Positions 45,401-57,188 of a stretch of DNA of 64,000 nucleotides are shown in pieces; the stretch's first letter is position 1; each line of letters starts with the position of its first letter. The stretch spans positions 11,328,001-11,392,000 of the forward strand of contig CP086569.2 of NCBI GenBank assembly GCA_009914755.4, written 5' to 3'. Source of the stretch: the human T2T-CHM13v2.0 reference genome, Homo sapiens. The notes under the pieces are model-generated. The model worked only from the letters and a program-made list of their open reading frames with translations, had not been told where the DNA came from and did not search any database. Made by a program: the position numbers and the translations under genes.

Positions 45401-47211
45401 GGGAGTGAAGCTCCCACCCAACAACCTCCCCCAGCTCAGGGGCCTTTGAGTTCACCACCATCTGCCTCACTGCAGGTTTCCCCTGTGCTGGGGGTGATTG
45501 CAAGGAGATGGTTCTTTGGCGTTCCCTGGACAGGTCATTGCCTCAGCCCCTGCCTGGTGTCCTGGAGCAGCTTTGAGGAGCTACATGGACAGGACACCAA
45601 CTGTCTGCAGCCCCCAGGTGAGGCTTGGCTGCTGTGTCCCACTGCCTCTGCTCCTGGCTGTCAAAGCCCCATGGTAACAGCATCCAGGGTGAATTTAAAT
45701 GGCACCCCAAAGAACAAGAGTGGGCCTGGGTGTCACTGTAGTGGCTGGTGGCTTGTGACAAGTAGTGTGGCTTCCGTGGTGATGAGAAGTGACAGTTCCC
45801 CCTGAATCTGCACTGGAGAGAAGGTCCTGGAAGCTTTCAGGCCCACCCTCCAGGGTCTGGGTCTGCATCTCTGAGAGTGGCTGGGTGAGCAGAAGAATCC
45901 TCACTGCCTGGCAGTTGGGTTTGGAGCTGGGGAGGGCGGGGCCTGGTTAGCAATGAGACTATCGCAGTGAACCAGAGCTCAAGATAAAGCGAGAGGCCTA
46001 GCCCAGACACCTCCTTCCCTGGTCCCAGCCCCTGTGCCTTGGCCTGTGCAGTGGAAGCCAGGCTCCCTCCTCCAGGAAGCCTTCCCTGCACTTCCTGCTC
46101 ACACACAGCCTCTCCCAGATTTCTCCCCATCCAGGCTGAGTAGGATTCCCAAGAAGGCTCCTCCCTGAGCCAACTGCCTGCAGTCAACATTATCACCAGT
46201 AGTGTTTTTCATCTTCAGCAGTGGCCTCTGGAGGGGTCCTAGCAGGTCGGGGAGAGAGGTCTGAGTTAGCCCCACGTGAAAGGCAGCCCATGCCTCTCCT
46301 CCCAGCAACCCCTAGCAGCAAATTCCACCTGGCTGACCCCACCCAGCTCACAGAGCTGCCCAGCTGGGTGTCCTTGTGGTTGACTGGGGGGAAGGGGCTG
46401 TTACCTCCCGGTCCCCTTCAGGCTGAGACAAGAGCCCTGTGGGCCTGGATCTTGCAGATGGGACCCCCACCCACATGCTCTCCAGGTGGATGCTCACCCT
46501 GGGCTGTTCTCAGGCCCCTCTCCCCACACTGGGCCCACACCCTGGAGGGAACTCCATGTACCCCTGCCCATCTGCCCATCTGAGCCTCAGGGGTCCTGGG
46601 CACTGAGAGCTGGGCTGGGCTGAGCTCAGGTACACACTGTCATTGGGGATGGAGAGGGGATGCTGAAGTGGGTGCTTCTGCATGGGGCCTGCCTGGAGGA
46701 TCGCCACAGCAGGTGCACCCAGCAGCCAGACCAGCTTCTAGCAGAATAAGTGCACTGTCACAGGGGTATGTGAGCTGAGGCTGGGGGCCTGGAGGTGCAG
46801 GGGGAGGAGTTGGGGAGATGCAGAGGCCCCAAAGATGTCCCAAGGCCCTAAGACACTGGTGAGGGAATGGAGGAGCCAGCACTGGTGGGGAAGTGGGGAG
46901 GGGGAGATGGATGGCCTGGGTCTGAGCTGGACACACGGTCTGTGCCCACACTTGAGCTGTGCTGTGGAGGCCCAGTCCCCACCTGGGCATGTCCTGTCCT
47001 CTGAGGCACAGGGATTCCTCACCCTCAGCTCTGACCCCTCATCTCCAACTGCTGGGATGACGAGTCCATAGGCAGAGCCAGCCTCACAGGGGACCCAAAG
47101 GCCAGTTCAGATGGACAGCAACTGGAGGTCCCACCAGGCACACACACATACTGTGCAGAAAGCTAATGCACTGTTTATTTGGGGGATTGGGGGGAAGCAC
47201 CGTGCCGCTGC

Positions 47212-47428
47212 TCACTGGTAGCCAGCCAGCTGCAGGATGGTGGGGTAGCAAGTATGATGGGCCATGCAATTCTGGCGGTCGAGGAAGAGACTGTTGGTCA
47301 TGGCAGTGACGTCCTTCTCCAGGCTCATGTGGATGTCCTCGAGGTTGTGCAGGGACTGCTCCGCTTGTAGAAGCTTCTCCCACAGCGCTGTGATGGACTT
47401 GTACAGCTCCTCCAACTCACTCACCAGC
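47212..47428 (-). CDS. TEKT4: tektin-4-like terminal exon (..LVSELEELYKSITALWEKLLQAEQSLHNLEDIHMSLEKDVTAMTNSLFLDRQNCMAHHTCYPTILQLAGYQ*). The expected acceptor position reads AA, not AG
   Basis: The frame required by exon 5 (phase 2) needs the exon to start at G|CTGGTGAGTGAG, but the genomic sequence is ..cccccaaGCTGG (aa instead of ag at 47429-47430). The ORF is otherwise open to the stop at ~47209-47211. Confidence 0.6.
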
Positions 47429-48242
47429 TTGGGGGTGTTGGGGGGTGTGAGCTGGGGCTGGGGAGGGAAGAAGTATGCACCTACCGGGGTGGAGGGGACC
47501 CAAAACTCCCAATGGGAGCTGGCAGGAGGTCCTGGGAAGACGCCATGAAAGGATCCCACCAGGAAAGTGGCTCTAGGGCAGAGCATAAATTACTAGGGTC
47601 CTCCCAGGGAGCGCGGGCCTGAGTGGGAATGAGTGACCCGCGTGCAATCTCGACCCTGGCAGGACAGGACTGGCCTCAGCCGACCAGGCTCAGTTCTTTC
47701 CGTTCCTGATATTTGACGGAAGGAGGCACCCAGTTCCTTGAAGGAACTGAGGGGCAGGGAAGGAAGAAAGGTACTTAGGCTCAGAAGGGGCCACTAGGCA
47801 TCCATTAACAAGGGAAACAAAAGGATGGCCCATCTATGCCTGTAGCCCAGGCGTAGGTCATACTTTCCACCAGAGGTGGGGACAGCACCCTCAGGGCAGC
47901 AGGGAATGGCCCTCCCTGGCCTCTCTGGCCCCGTGGCCTCCAGGAGCTCACCTTGTCTGAAGGAGCTTCCTCCTGGGAAGATGAGGTAGCAGAGGGTGGG
48001 GTGAGACCACGTGGGCACAGGTCCCTGGCACTGGGAGGCCCCCGACCCATGACCTGCCCAGTGTCATGTCTATATCTGTGTGTTTAAGGCGTGCTTGCGT
48101 GTTGCGTGTGGCCGCAAAGTCTCCTTCCCATCTCAGCACCTGTGGGGGATGTGTGTGTGGAGATTGGAGTGTTTATTGGAGAAGGTCGCAGCGAGGAGGT
48201 GGACGAGGGCACCTGGGACTGCCTCAGAGGCCCAGGCAGTAC

Positions 48243-48397
48243 CTGAATTGGGCTGCATCGCGGCACAGCTCCATGTTGGGCCGGTGTGAGAGCAGGTACA
48301 GCCGGGTCTGGGCTATGTGCAGAGGTGCCTCCTTGTCCTTGATGGCCTCCTTCAGTGCCACCATGTTGTGTTCCTGATCTGTGATTTCCCGCAGCAT
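48243..48397 (-). CDS. TEKT4: tektin-4-like exon 5 (MLREITDQEHNMVALKEAIKDKEAPLHIAQTRLYLLSHRPNMELCRDAAQF)
   Basis: acceptor tcctgtcggcag|ATGCTG, donor CAATTCAG|gtactg, 155 nt, phase 2. Confidence 0.8.
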
Positions 48398-49010
48398 CTG
48401 CCGACAGGACAGTGCCCCTTGGGCCTGTGCCCCCATGCCCGGGCATATGGAATGCAGAGACCAGTCTGGTCCTACCCAGGTCCTGGGGCTGTGTCCAGAG
48501 GGTGGTCCTGACCAGTGGCCCTGGGGAGGCGTGGATGAGGGGAACAATGTGCACGGGGCCCCCAGTGGGCTCTGGAGAGTCAGGCAGCCTGTTGTCTCTT
48601 AGCTCTGGTCCAAGAACCCCCATCCTTGGTGGTCACCAGGACCCAAATCCTGCTCAAGGACTGGGGACTCAGAGGTGGTAAAGGCCATGCTGAGGCCCTA
48701 GAGTCAGAGCCCTGCCTGTCACGCCAGGACTCTTGGGGACCTCCCAGGCAGTCAATGCTCCCCAGACCAGCTCCTGCCTCCATCCTCCCCACAGCTCCTC
48801 CTGCTCAGTCATGGGGGTTGCAACGCACTGCGATCATACCCAGTGTCACCTGGTTTTACATAGGTTTATGGAGAGGTGACACTTGCTTCTGGGGTCCCTC
48901 GGGATAAGTGGGACAGAGGAGAAAGGTGTTGAGGGCCCAGACCAGGTGATGAGAGGGGGCAGAGTGGTGGGCAGGCGCCGGAGCCATCTTTGGGGTTCAG
49001 GGTGCCCCAC

Positions 49011-49233
49011 CTTTTGCAGGTGGTGCTGCAGCTTGTGCCGCGCGTCCTCCAGTTCCTCACAGCGGCGCCCAAAGGCCAGGTTCACTGCGTCACACTGGAG
49101 TCCCAGGTCCTCGGAGGTGTCGCGAAGGATGCAGTCCACCAGCACCCACAGGTTGGCTGAGTCCAGGCGCTCGCGCTGGGCGCGGCACAGATTGTCCTGT
49201 GTGAACTTGGTCCGGGTCTCTGGGGTGGAGGCG
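49011..49233 (-). CDS. TEKT4: tektin-4-like exon 4 (..SASTPETRTKFTQDNLCRAQRERLDSANLWVLVDCILRDTSEDLGLQCDAVNLAFGRRCEELEDARHKLQHHLQK)
   Basis: acceptor ..ccccgcag|CGCCTCC (alternative ccccag|CCCCGCAG at 49241), donor CAAAAG|gtgggg. Confidence 0.7.
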
Positions 49234-49900
49234 CTGCGGGGCTGGGGACAGCCAGGAGAAGGTCGGGGAGGCTCTGCCAATGGCTGGGGGCCCTGCCGCG
49301 CCCCCATTCCCTGTCTGCACCCCATGCTCCTGGAGGAACTGCATGGACTCCAATGCATCCCGTGCAGACCCACGAAGCCCAGTCCCCCAAGCTCCCTGCC
49401 TCCGAGTTCCCCCCGCCCACAACTCCCCTGAGTCCACCCACACCCTACCCACCCCGGGCACTTAGTCCCCTCCTGCCCCCGTGACCCCGCTCCCAGCACC
49501 GCTGCCCCAGAGGCCCCCTCTGCAGCACCTCCGTCCCCCGCAACCCCCCTTCCCTAGTACCCAGCGCCCGCGTCCGCTTCTCGCACCCAGGAGTTTGCCA
49601 TGCTCAAGTGGGCGGTGGTCGTGCTCCCTCTGCTGGCCTTGGGTGGAAATGCAATCCTGCCGGCGCCTGGGGCTGACCGCACCCCACCCTGTCCTGTCTA
49701 AGGGCAACCAGGCTGTGCACGCGCTGGGCACTTGAGGAGGTCTTGCATGCTTTCTCATGCCAGGGGCAGACAGTTGCCCAAGTGTCTTCGGGGGCGAGGG
49801 CCTCTGGGCCAGGCTGGGGGAAGCAGCGCCGCTGGGGACCCCAGGCAGAGGGAGGCAAGACCACAGCCAGGGCAAGCACGGGGGCAGAGCTGGGGCCCCC

Positions 49901-50045
49901 CTCTCTTGGAAGGTGGTGGAGTGCCGGATGAGCCTGCACCTCGGTGCTCTGGCTGCGGTGGCGCCCGCAAGTCTCGTCGAGGTTGTAAGCCTCCACCTTG
50001 TCCGACCAGTCCATCTCGCAGATCTCCATGTGCTCTCGGTTCAGT
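49901..50045 (-). CDS. TEKT4: tektin-4-like exon 3 (LNREHMEICEMDWSDKVEAYNLDETCGRHRSQSTEVQAHP..; frameshifted near its 3' end and lacking a GT donor)
   Basis: acceptor ccccag|ACTGAACCGAGAG. After ..CATCCG the reading 'GCACTCCACCACCTTCCAAGAGAG' gives PALHHLPRE, but deleting one nt gives (Y)STTFQE(S), which joins in frame to exon 4 (SASTPE). The sequence after ..CAAGAGAG is gggggc (no GT). Confidence 0.6.
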
Positions 50046-50409
50046 CTGGGGCGGGGTGGGGCAGGGTCTTGGTGTGTGGCCAGGGAGGGCCCCGCTGGGG
50101 ACCCTCCATGCTGCAGGCTAGGCCTTTATGCCCGCTTCAGGAGGGAGCTCTGGGCCGGCTGTCCTCGTGCTCAGCAGTGACCAAGAGCTGCCGCCCATGC
50201 TGGGAGGCTGCAGATCAGTTGTGGCACTGGGCTTTGGCCACTCAAACTCAGGCTGGGCCGGAAACTCCCCCACCCAGCCCTGTGCTCCCACTGTGACCTG
50301 GGACAGCCCCTGCCGGCTCTGAGCTTCAGGGCCCTGTCGTTCAATGGCTTGCCCCAGGACCAGCCGTGGGTGGGGTCAGGAGTCATCCCTTGGGCAGCCC
50401 TCGACCCAC

Positions 50410-50480
50410 CGGATCTGGCTCACTGCTTGCACGATGACTCTCTTCAGCAGCTCCTGAATGTTCCGGATGAGCTCAGCTTC
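50410..50480 (-). CDS. TEKT4: tektin-4-like exon 2 (EAELIRNIQELLKRVIVQAVSQIR)
   Basis: acceptor ccctcag|GAAGCTG, donor ATCCG|gtgggt, 71 nt. Confidence 0.75.
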
Positions 50481-51893
50481 CTGAGGGAGGAGACGCCCTG
50501 AGCACCAGAGCCGGCCCTTGGTGAGGATCCCAGGAGGCCCAGCTGCTGCAGGCCTTGGTCAACACCTGAGCAACCAGAAATAGTTGAATGCCGGGCCTGA
50601 GCTCTGACTGTGCAAGTTCTGCTCTCTCACTGGGTTTATCCTGGGCTTTTGGGCATTCTCCTTGGTGTGTTGTAAGTGGGGTGTTTTCCTCCAGGGCCTT
50701 CTATGGGCTGCTGGGAAGGTCCCTCAGCGGCAGTTCCCACGCCCCAGGCCTCAAGAGTCATCACTGCTGCTCACTCAGTGCACCCAGGAACGTTGGCCTG
50801 CCCCTGGCCTCTGGACAGCCCCTGAGGACCCAAACTCTGGGGGCCCAGATGCCCACCTAGGCTGCCCCTCAGGGCTCTGTGTTGGGAAAGACCATCCTCA
50901 CACCAAGAACAGGAGGAAGACCATGTGTTTCTTCTTACTGCCTGGCCAGTTTAATTTTCTGTGTGTAGGAACAAGCCTTTTTCCCCTGTGACTGGGGTCT
51001 TTGCCTGGACCACCAGCTACCTCCTTGTGTGCCAGGGCCCGAGTCCTGCACCCCTCTGTCCCTGGGTTTGCCTCTTCCTGCACTGTCAGTGTCTCCATCA
51101 CTTCGCAGACACCCTTGTTGCTGGCAGAGGGTTTGCGGGAACTGCAGCAGTTCTTGAGGCACTGAGAGGGTGCAGGGGGATAGGCCTGCAGAAGGGGAAG
51201 GGAGGGAGGAGGGAAGGCATGAGGGGAGGGAGGGACTCAAGGGTTCTTGCCTGAGTTTGGGGGTATGGCAGGAGACCAGCTGCCTCCACCCCACATCTTT
51301 CACAAATGTCTACAGGCCTGTAGTGGTTCTCATGGAGGCCCCAGGCTCTGAGAGCTCAGGGAATTCTCCAGAGCCAGCATCAGGGCCAGGACTGAGTTAC
51401 TCTCTCACCCTATGGGGTTGACCCATAGACAAGCTGGGTTGGATTGGGAAGTTACAGGTGACATGGAGAAGGGGACCTGTGGGTGCAGATCTTCGTGTTC
51501 CCGGCTCTGTATAGGATGAATAGGAGCAGTGGCTCCCAGCCTATCCCACCCTACCTGTCCACACCCGCAGTGCTGGCCCAGACCTGGGTTTCCACCTCGG
51601 GAGCAACTGTCCCAACCAGGGAAGGTCTCTGGGGAGCACAGGGTCAGGATGACTGTGCCAGGACTCAAAGGTATTGGAGGAGGAGAGGAGAAACAGCTGC
51701 TTGGAAGTCAGGGGACTTCTGGGGCAAAACTGCCTCCTGTCACTAAGGGGACAGATTTCGGGACTCAGGGGTCTCACGCACAGAGGGCTGGTCTCCCGTG
51801 TGCTTGTAGCAGCCACCTGGCTTCTCCACATGAACTGCCAGGGGCTCCTCCTCTCTGTGCCCACAAGTCCTGGCCACCCAAGGCTGCTGGCAC

Positions 51894-52408
51894 CTTCAGC
51901 AGCTCCGTCTCCACATGGTCACGCACAAGGTTGGCGTGCTGGTGGCGCTGGTTGCACTGCATGTTGTCAGTGGCGATGGAGAAGGGCACCTCCATGGCAT
52001 CCAGGGCGTGCTCCAGCCGTTGCTTCTGGGCCAGCAGCAGGTCAGTCTCCGCAGCCAGCGCCTCTACCTCGCCCTGCAGCTCCGAATTCCAGCTGTGCAT
52101 GTCCTGCAGTCGCTCGCCCACCCTGCACTTGGAGTCTTGCTGTGTCGGCTGTGCCAGCGCCTGGATCTCTGCAGCCAGCTGCTGGCTCTTGTGCCCCTGC
52201 AGCTCCCGCTCCGACTGGTTGCAGTCGGCGAAGGCCTGGTGGTAGCGAGCATAGCAGTTCTGGAACCACACCACCAGCTGGCGGTGGCCAGGCCGGAGGA
52301 CGTGTAGGCGCCCGTGTTGCGGACCACGTCATACTCTTTGCAGGGCAGCTCGCAGGGCGGCACTGTCTGCGGGGCCGGCTCTGGTAGGAGCATATCCGTC
52401 TGCACCAT
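51894..52408 (-). CDS. TEKT4: tektin-4-like exon 1 (contains a frameshift: the N-terminal frame ..GLATAS and the downstream frame WFQNCYARYHQ.. are offset, with only 8 nt 'tggtggtg' between them at ~52262-52282)
   Basis: ATG at 52406-52408 (minus). Donor CTGCTGAAG|gtgcca at 51892-51893. The two-frame split is visible in the ORF track (52064..52420 versus 51774..52274). Confidence 0.7.
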
Positions 52409-52566
52409 GGTGTCTGCCACCCACCAGGGCCAGGGGAGTGAGGAGTGTGTGTGGTCAGCTTGTTGCGGTCAGCCCAGTGCAGTCATCGGTCGGCTCCAAC
52501 GGCTCTGTCGCAGAGCAGGACGTGGCTCCCAGTTGCTTGGGTGACACAGTAAACCAAGAGCTTCCT

Positions 52567-52579
52567 GTTGCCAAGAAAC
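52567..52579 (-). promoter_or_regulatory. X-box-like (RFX half-site) motif ~170 bp upstream of the tektin ATG
   Basis: plus-strand gttgccaagaaac (GTTGCC half-site); speculative. Confidence 0.2.
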
Positions 52580-55500
52580 GGGATCTCTTCTCCAGTGGCT
52601 AGGGGAGGGGGCATTCAGGGCGGCGGGCAGAATTGCCCTCTTAAAGGGCCAGGCAGCCCCAGCCCCACCATCCCTGTCCCCACCTCGGGGCAATCAACAG
52701 TGGCCAAGGGTTCCTGTCACTTAGAGGATCCCAGGGCCAGCCCGTCTCCAGCCTCTGTGTCCCACCCTTAGGGTTCAGGGTGTGGGTGGGGACCTACTGC
52801 CCTGGTCCCTTCGTTGATTCATCCATTTGTTCCTGGTTTGCTCTCTGATCCTGTCCTGTGCGGAGCTCCACGCTCAGGGTGAACAAGACAGAGGAGGCTC
52901 TGCCCACCTGCCCCCTCAGGGCAGAGGGCTGTGGCTGTTGTGTGAATGTTGGGTGTGCTGAGTGATAGTGTTACTTGATGCCGTACAGGTGGCTGCTCTC
53001 CCTGCCCTCCTGGCCCCAACAGCAGCCTGGTAGCACAGGGAGGGTCCCAGGCCAGGCCCCCTCAGGGGCAGTCTGAAGCAGTTCCTGCAGGGACTCTGCT
53101 CCATTTTCTCCTGGACCTAGTGCCTGAGAGCCAGGCCCTGGCCTCTGGCCTTCTCCTCCCAAGTCCCAGCTAGGGTCCCCTCAGGCTGGGCACAGTGGGG
53201 AGGGAGGGAGTCTGAGTGTGTTTTTTCCTGGGGAGTTGAATTCAGCCTCTGGATAAGTGTCCAGAGTCATATGCCCAAATCTGCCCCACAGGGCGGAGGA
53301 AGGTCCTGTGCTGCGGAGGCTGCCCTGAAAGCCACCCAGGGCCATGCTGCCTGGCGGAGGCTGGATGGGCAGTAAGCGCCCCAGGACACATCGGCATCCC
53401 CCAAACCTGGGGCCAGGGGAGCTCCAGCCTAGGGGAGATTCCCCACGCAGCCAGCGGAGGGCGGCTTTGGCCTGGCTGTGAGAAGCCTGCGGCTCCTGGC
53501 TCGGCCTCCCCTCCGCCTGCCTGGCGCATGCACTCCTGGGGACCCCAGCCCCTCCGGCATCCTCTTCCCTGAGAATCCCGCACCAGAAAGTCCTCGCTAG
53601 GAAGTCCATGCCCTTCCTACAGCACAGGCCCCTGGGCCCCTGTTCCTTCCACCTTCACCTCCTCTCCCACCACAGCCCACACCCTCACTCCAGGCACAGG
53701 AGCCGGGGCTCCTCCTGGGCCATTCCCACCACCCCACCCAGGTCTCTCCAGCACAACCACGTGCCGGCCAGTGCCCACCTCCTGGACCTGACCTCCCCCG
53801 GTCCTGACCTCCCCGTGGCCAGAACCCTCAGTCCATGCTGCTGTCACCACTGTGCACTGGCCTGACACAGCCTCCTAAAGGGGCTTTGAGGACAGCAGCC
53901 GGGAGACTTACCCCAACCCAGGCCGAGCCAGATCCTATTGCAGGTGGCCTGGGAACCTCTTCTCACTCTCCATCAAGATTGAGAGGTCAGCGGACCTCTG
54001 AGAAACATCCTTGAGCCTCGCCATGACTCAGTTTCCCCAGATGGCAGCAGGCTGGAGCCCATGCAGGGCAGGATGCCAGGCTCCACCTTTTGTCTGGAAC
54101 CTGCATTCACTGGGCACCTCTCTGTAGGCATAGCAGAGCAGAGCTGCCTGTTTCTGTCCCTGATCTGCAGCCCCAGGAGCCCGAGAGATGACCTAAGCCA
54201 AGGAGAAGGCCTCTGGGCCAGAGCCCAGCTCTGCGAAGTGGGAGACCTCTCAGCCTCCACTTCCAGGTGCCCTGAAGTCATTGGCAGGGGGTGCTGCCTA
54301 CTTGGGGCTCCCAGACTAAGGGAACACATTCACCTGGTGACCACAATAGGCCCTGCAGGCTGAGGCACAGGATTTGACCAAGGACGCATCAGAGTTAGGG
54401 GACTGGGCCCTGACTCCTGCCAGCTGCAAAATCCCAAAGCCCCCAGCCCTCTCATGGGGTGAAGACACCCTGAAGGACACTCCAGTGTGCTCCCACCTCT
54501 GGGTTCTGCCAGCCAGAGAGTGGGACTCTCAGGCCACATGTGTCTTGCTGGATCTCAGCTTCAGGGACCCAGGGTGCTGGCAGCTCTCTGAGACCTGGGT
54601 CAGGGGGTATCCATTAGAGCACCTTGGTCAGGACCCAGAGATAGGGAGGGCAGGGCTAAGAGCACCCCAGGCAGTTGGCATCTCCAGAAAGCAGGAGGTA
54701 GGGCATGGCTCTGTGACAGATGTCCCGTGACAGGGAGGATTGGAGGGACAGAGGGACGTGCTCAGGGGCTGAGGGGCAGATGAGGCCACCAAAGGGCACC
54801 TTGGACACTGGATGGCCCCAGGAAGGCCCCTGAACCCCATCCTGATTGATCCAGGGACAGTGACCTTGGCCCAGACTGCACGCCTGGAGACTCAGGTTCC
54901 TTTAGTTTCTTAAGAAACTACTATGCTCCTTTTTGGCATAACTATGATTTTACATTCCCACCAGTCATGTGTGAAAGCTCCAGTTTTTACTCATACTCCC
55001 CAGCGTTTGATGTTTTATTTTTATTTTAGCTATTCTGATATATATGTGTTAGTCAATGTGGTCTTAATTTGCAAATTTCTAATGACTAATGATATTTAAC
55101 ATCTTTTCCTGTTCATAATTAAATACCATCTGTATTCCTTTTCACATATCATTAGCACAAATGTGAAATATCAGAACAAAATTTTTCACACAACTTCAAA
55201 ATTTTTAGAACAATACTCAAGGGAAAAGGTGTTTATTTAGAACAATGAAAACAATGAGACATTAACTTCCAGCTTAAATAAAGTTGATTGTGTGCATAAA
55301 AATGGTGAAAATATTGGACTTTCTTGGCAAAAGAAGAAAGGGGAAGACTTTATATTTTCTGACATAATATTCATCATTTGTCTTTGGTTTGTGTATTATG
55401 TGTATGATTTTGAAAAAATGCACCAAAGATATAACTTTCTGGTGTTTGCTTTGATATTATCTTTGCAAACAGAAAAGTTGGCACATGTTTCTGTATAAAA

Positions 55501-56669
55501 CTGGTCAAAGTTGGCCTAGGAATGATCTTACATTGTACTTTCACTTTACATCATACTGTAAGAGTTTAATAATAGCTAAGGCATCAGCATTGATGTGGGC
55601 TTATTATACCTATTCAAGAGATGGTGTGAGGTTTAGGAGAGTTATGTGCCCTTTATCATAAAACAAATCTATGAAGCATTTATATAAAAACCCAGTATTT
55701 CTGGTTTCAAATTCAGTACTGTGCCGTCTGCTTGATAGATTTGTTCGCAGGTTAGAGACATTTTATTGCGTAACTTCCATGAAATATCACAGTTGTACTC
55801 TTGAATATGTTTGAATCACAAAAAGACTTTAATCTGCACTCAGTTCTTGTAACTAAAATCTTCAGTCTGAATATGAATTTCACTTAAAGAACATCCCTAG
55901 AAATTTCAGAGAGAAAAAGACTTTACTTGCAGAATACAATCTGCATTTGCTTTGACAACTAGTTAGTTCACATATGTAAAATAAGTCTACCTGTCTGTAT
56001 GCATAATTAATATGTAACAGTAGTGTGGCAATGACTTGTTAAAGCAATTAGAATGGCAGTGGATCATGGCACAATTTACCTTAAAAGCCATGAGCAGAAT
56101 ACATCACAAGCTATGATACAATGAATAGTCATTAGGTTTAAAGTAGTATCCACATATAAAAACACAAAGCATATTTTAGCTCTTTAAATGAAAGCTTCAT
56201 TCAGTCAATATTGGTCTTCCTGTAGATGCATTTATGAAACAAAAACCACAAAACATACAGCTTACCCGCTTCTCAAAACTCATTGCACAATAGGTTGAGG
56301 GACTTCTCTACACCAGGACCTATTATTAAAACCAGTAAGTCCTCAGTGAAAATCATTTATTTGCCCGGAGTGTCATATGATGTGTCTGTTGTAGGCAGCT
56401 GTGGCAGTGGTGGGAGGTTTAGTGACACGTACCCTGCCCACGTCTGTCCGTCCATCAGTGGGCTAGTGTCTCTCTGGCTGCACCTGAGAAGGGTCTATAG
56501 GAGTTAACGGCATTAGCATGGGAGTCAAAAGAAATCATCTTGGATTCAAACTTCCATTTCAGTATTCATTTCCAGCTAAGTTTGTGTAGCATGCTTAATG
56601 TTTCTGAAGCTCAATTTTAGTAATGGTAAAGTATATCTGCCTAAAAGACAGGGACACATCCCAGTTTTG

Positions 56670-56995
56670 TGTTTTTTTATTTTTATTTTACCGTATTTTT
56701 CTTGAGACAGAGTTTTGCTCTTGCTGTCCAGGCTGGAGTGCAATGGTGCAATCTCGGCTCACCACAACCTCCGCCTCCTGGGTTCAAGGGACTCTCCTGC
56801 TTCAGCATTCTGAGTAAATGGAATTACAGGTGCCCGCCACCATGCCCAGCTAATTTTTTGTATTTTTAATAGAGACGGGTTTCACCATGTTGGCCAGGCT
56901 GGTCTTGAACCCCTGACCTCAGATGATCCACCCACCTCAGATGATAATCCCGCCAAGTGCTGGGATTACAGGTGTGAGCCACCATGCCCGGCCTT
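56670..56995 (-). mobile_element. Alu SINE
   Basis: poly-T, cttgagacagagttttgctcttgctgtccaggctggagtgcaatgg... ending ..gtgagccaccatgcccggcc. Confidence 0.9.
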
Positions 56996-57025
56996 ATCCT
57001 CAAAAAAGAATTTATCAAAATTGTA

Positions 57026-57050
57026 TGTGTGTGTGTGTGTGTGTGTATGT
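57026..57050. repeat. (TG)n microsatellite
   Basis: tgtgtgtgtgtgtgtgtgtgtg. Confidence 0.95.
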
Positions 57051-57127
57051 TTTAACTAGAGTAATAATATATTAAAATGCCACTCTGTATGTTCTAACAA
57101 AAAACCTCAATTTAACAAATGTATATG

Positions 57128-57188
57128 GGGAGAGGGAGAGAGAGAGGGAGAGAGAGAGAAGGAGGGAGGCAGAGAGAGAGAGAGAGAT
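57128..57188. repeat. (GA)n / (GAGAGG)n purine-rich simple repeat
   Basis: gagagggagagagagagggagagagagagaaggagggaggcagagagagagagagaga. Confidence 0.9.

Larger units (their letters stand above)
47212..52408 (-). pseudogene. TEKT4: Tektin-4-like locus with six exon equivalents and multiple apparent disabling lesions (probable TEKT4 pseudogene copy)
   Basis: Minus-strand exons encode ..QTVPPCELPCKEYDVVRNTGAYTSSGLATAS.. / WFQNCYARYHQAFADCNQSERELQGHKSQQLAAEIQALAQ...VRDHVETELLK / EAELIRNIQELLKRVIVQAVSQIR / LNREHMEICEMDWSDKVEAYNLDETCGRHRSQSTEVQAHP.. / SASTPETRTKFTQDNLCRAQRERLDSANLWVLVDCILRDTSEDLGLQCDAVNLAFGRRCEELEDARHKLQHHLQK / MLREITDQEHNMVALKEAIKDKEAPLHIAQTRLYLLSHRPNMELCRDAAQF / (R)LVSELEELYKSITALWEKLLQAEQSLHNLEDIHMSLEKDVTAMTNSLFLDRQNCMAHHTCYPTILQLAGYQ*. 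Tektin nonapeptide RPNMELCRD present. The GT/AG boundaries that can be read from the sequence are given per exon below. Confidence 0.85.

Noticed and set aside
42592-46990. Many overlapping 100-220-aa ORFs on both strands (e.g. 42740..43396, 45131..45805, 46640..46990)
   Set aside because: 70%-GC DNA yields long open frames by chance. Translations are Pro/Gly/Ala/Ser-rich low-complexity with overlapping alternative frames. No splice-consistent or conserved-looking segments were found, apart from a weak candidate ..VLGTE|gtaaga at ~43390-43535 that I could not substantiate.
48084-52387. Plus-strand ORFs (e.g. 51529..52245, 51674..52387, 48883..49431) and minus-strand ORFs in other frames (48084..48623, 49462..49875)
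   Set aside because: These are antisense or off-frame read-through of the tektin-like exons and GC-rich introns. The genuine coding signal is the minus-strand tektin frame.
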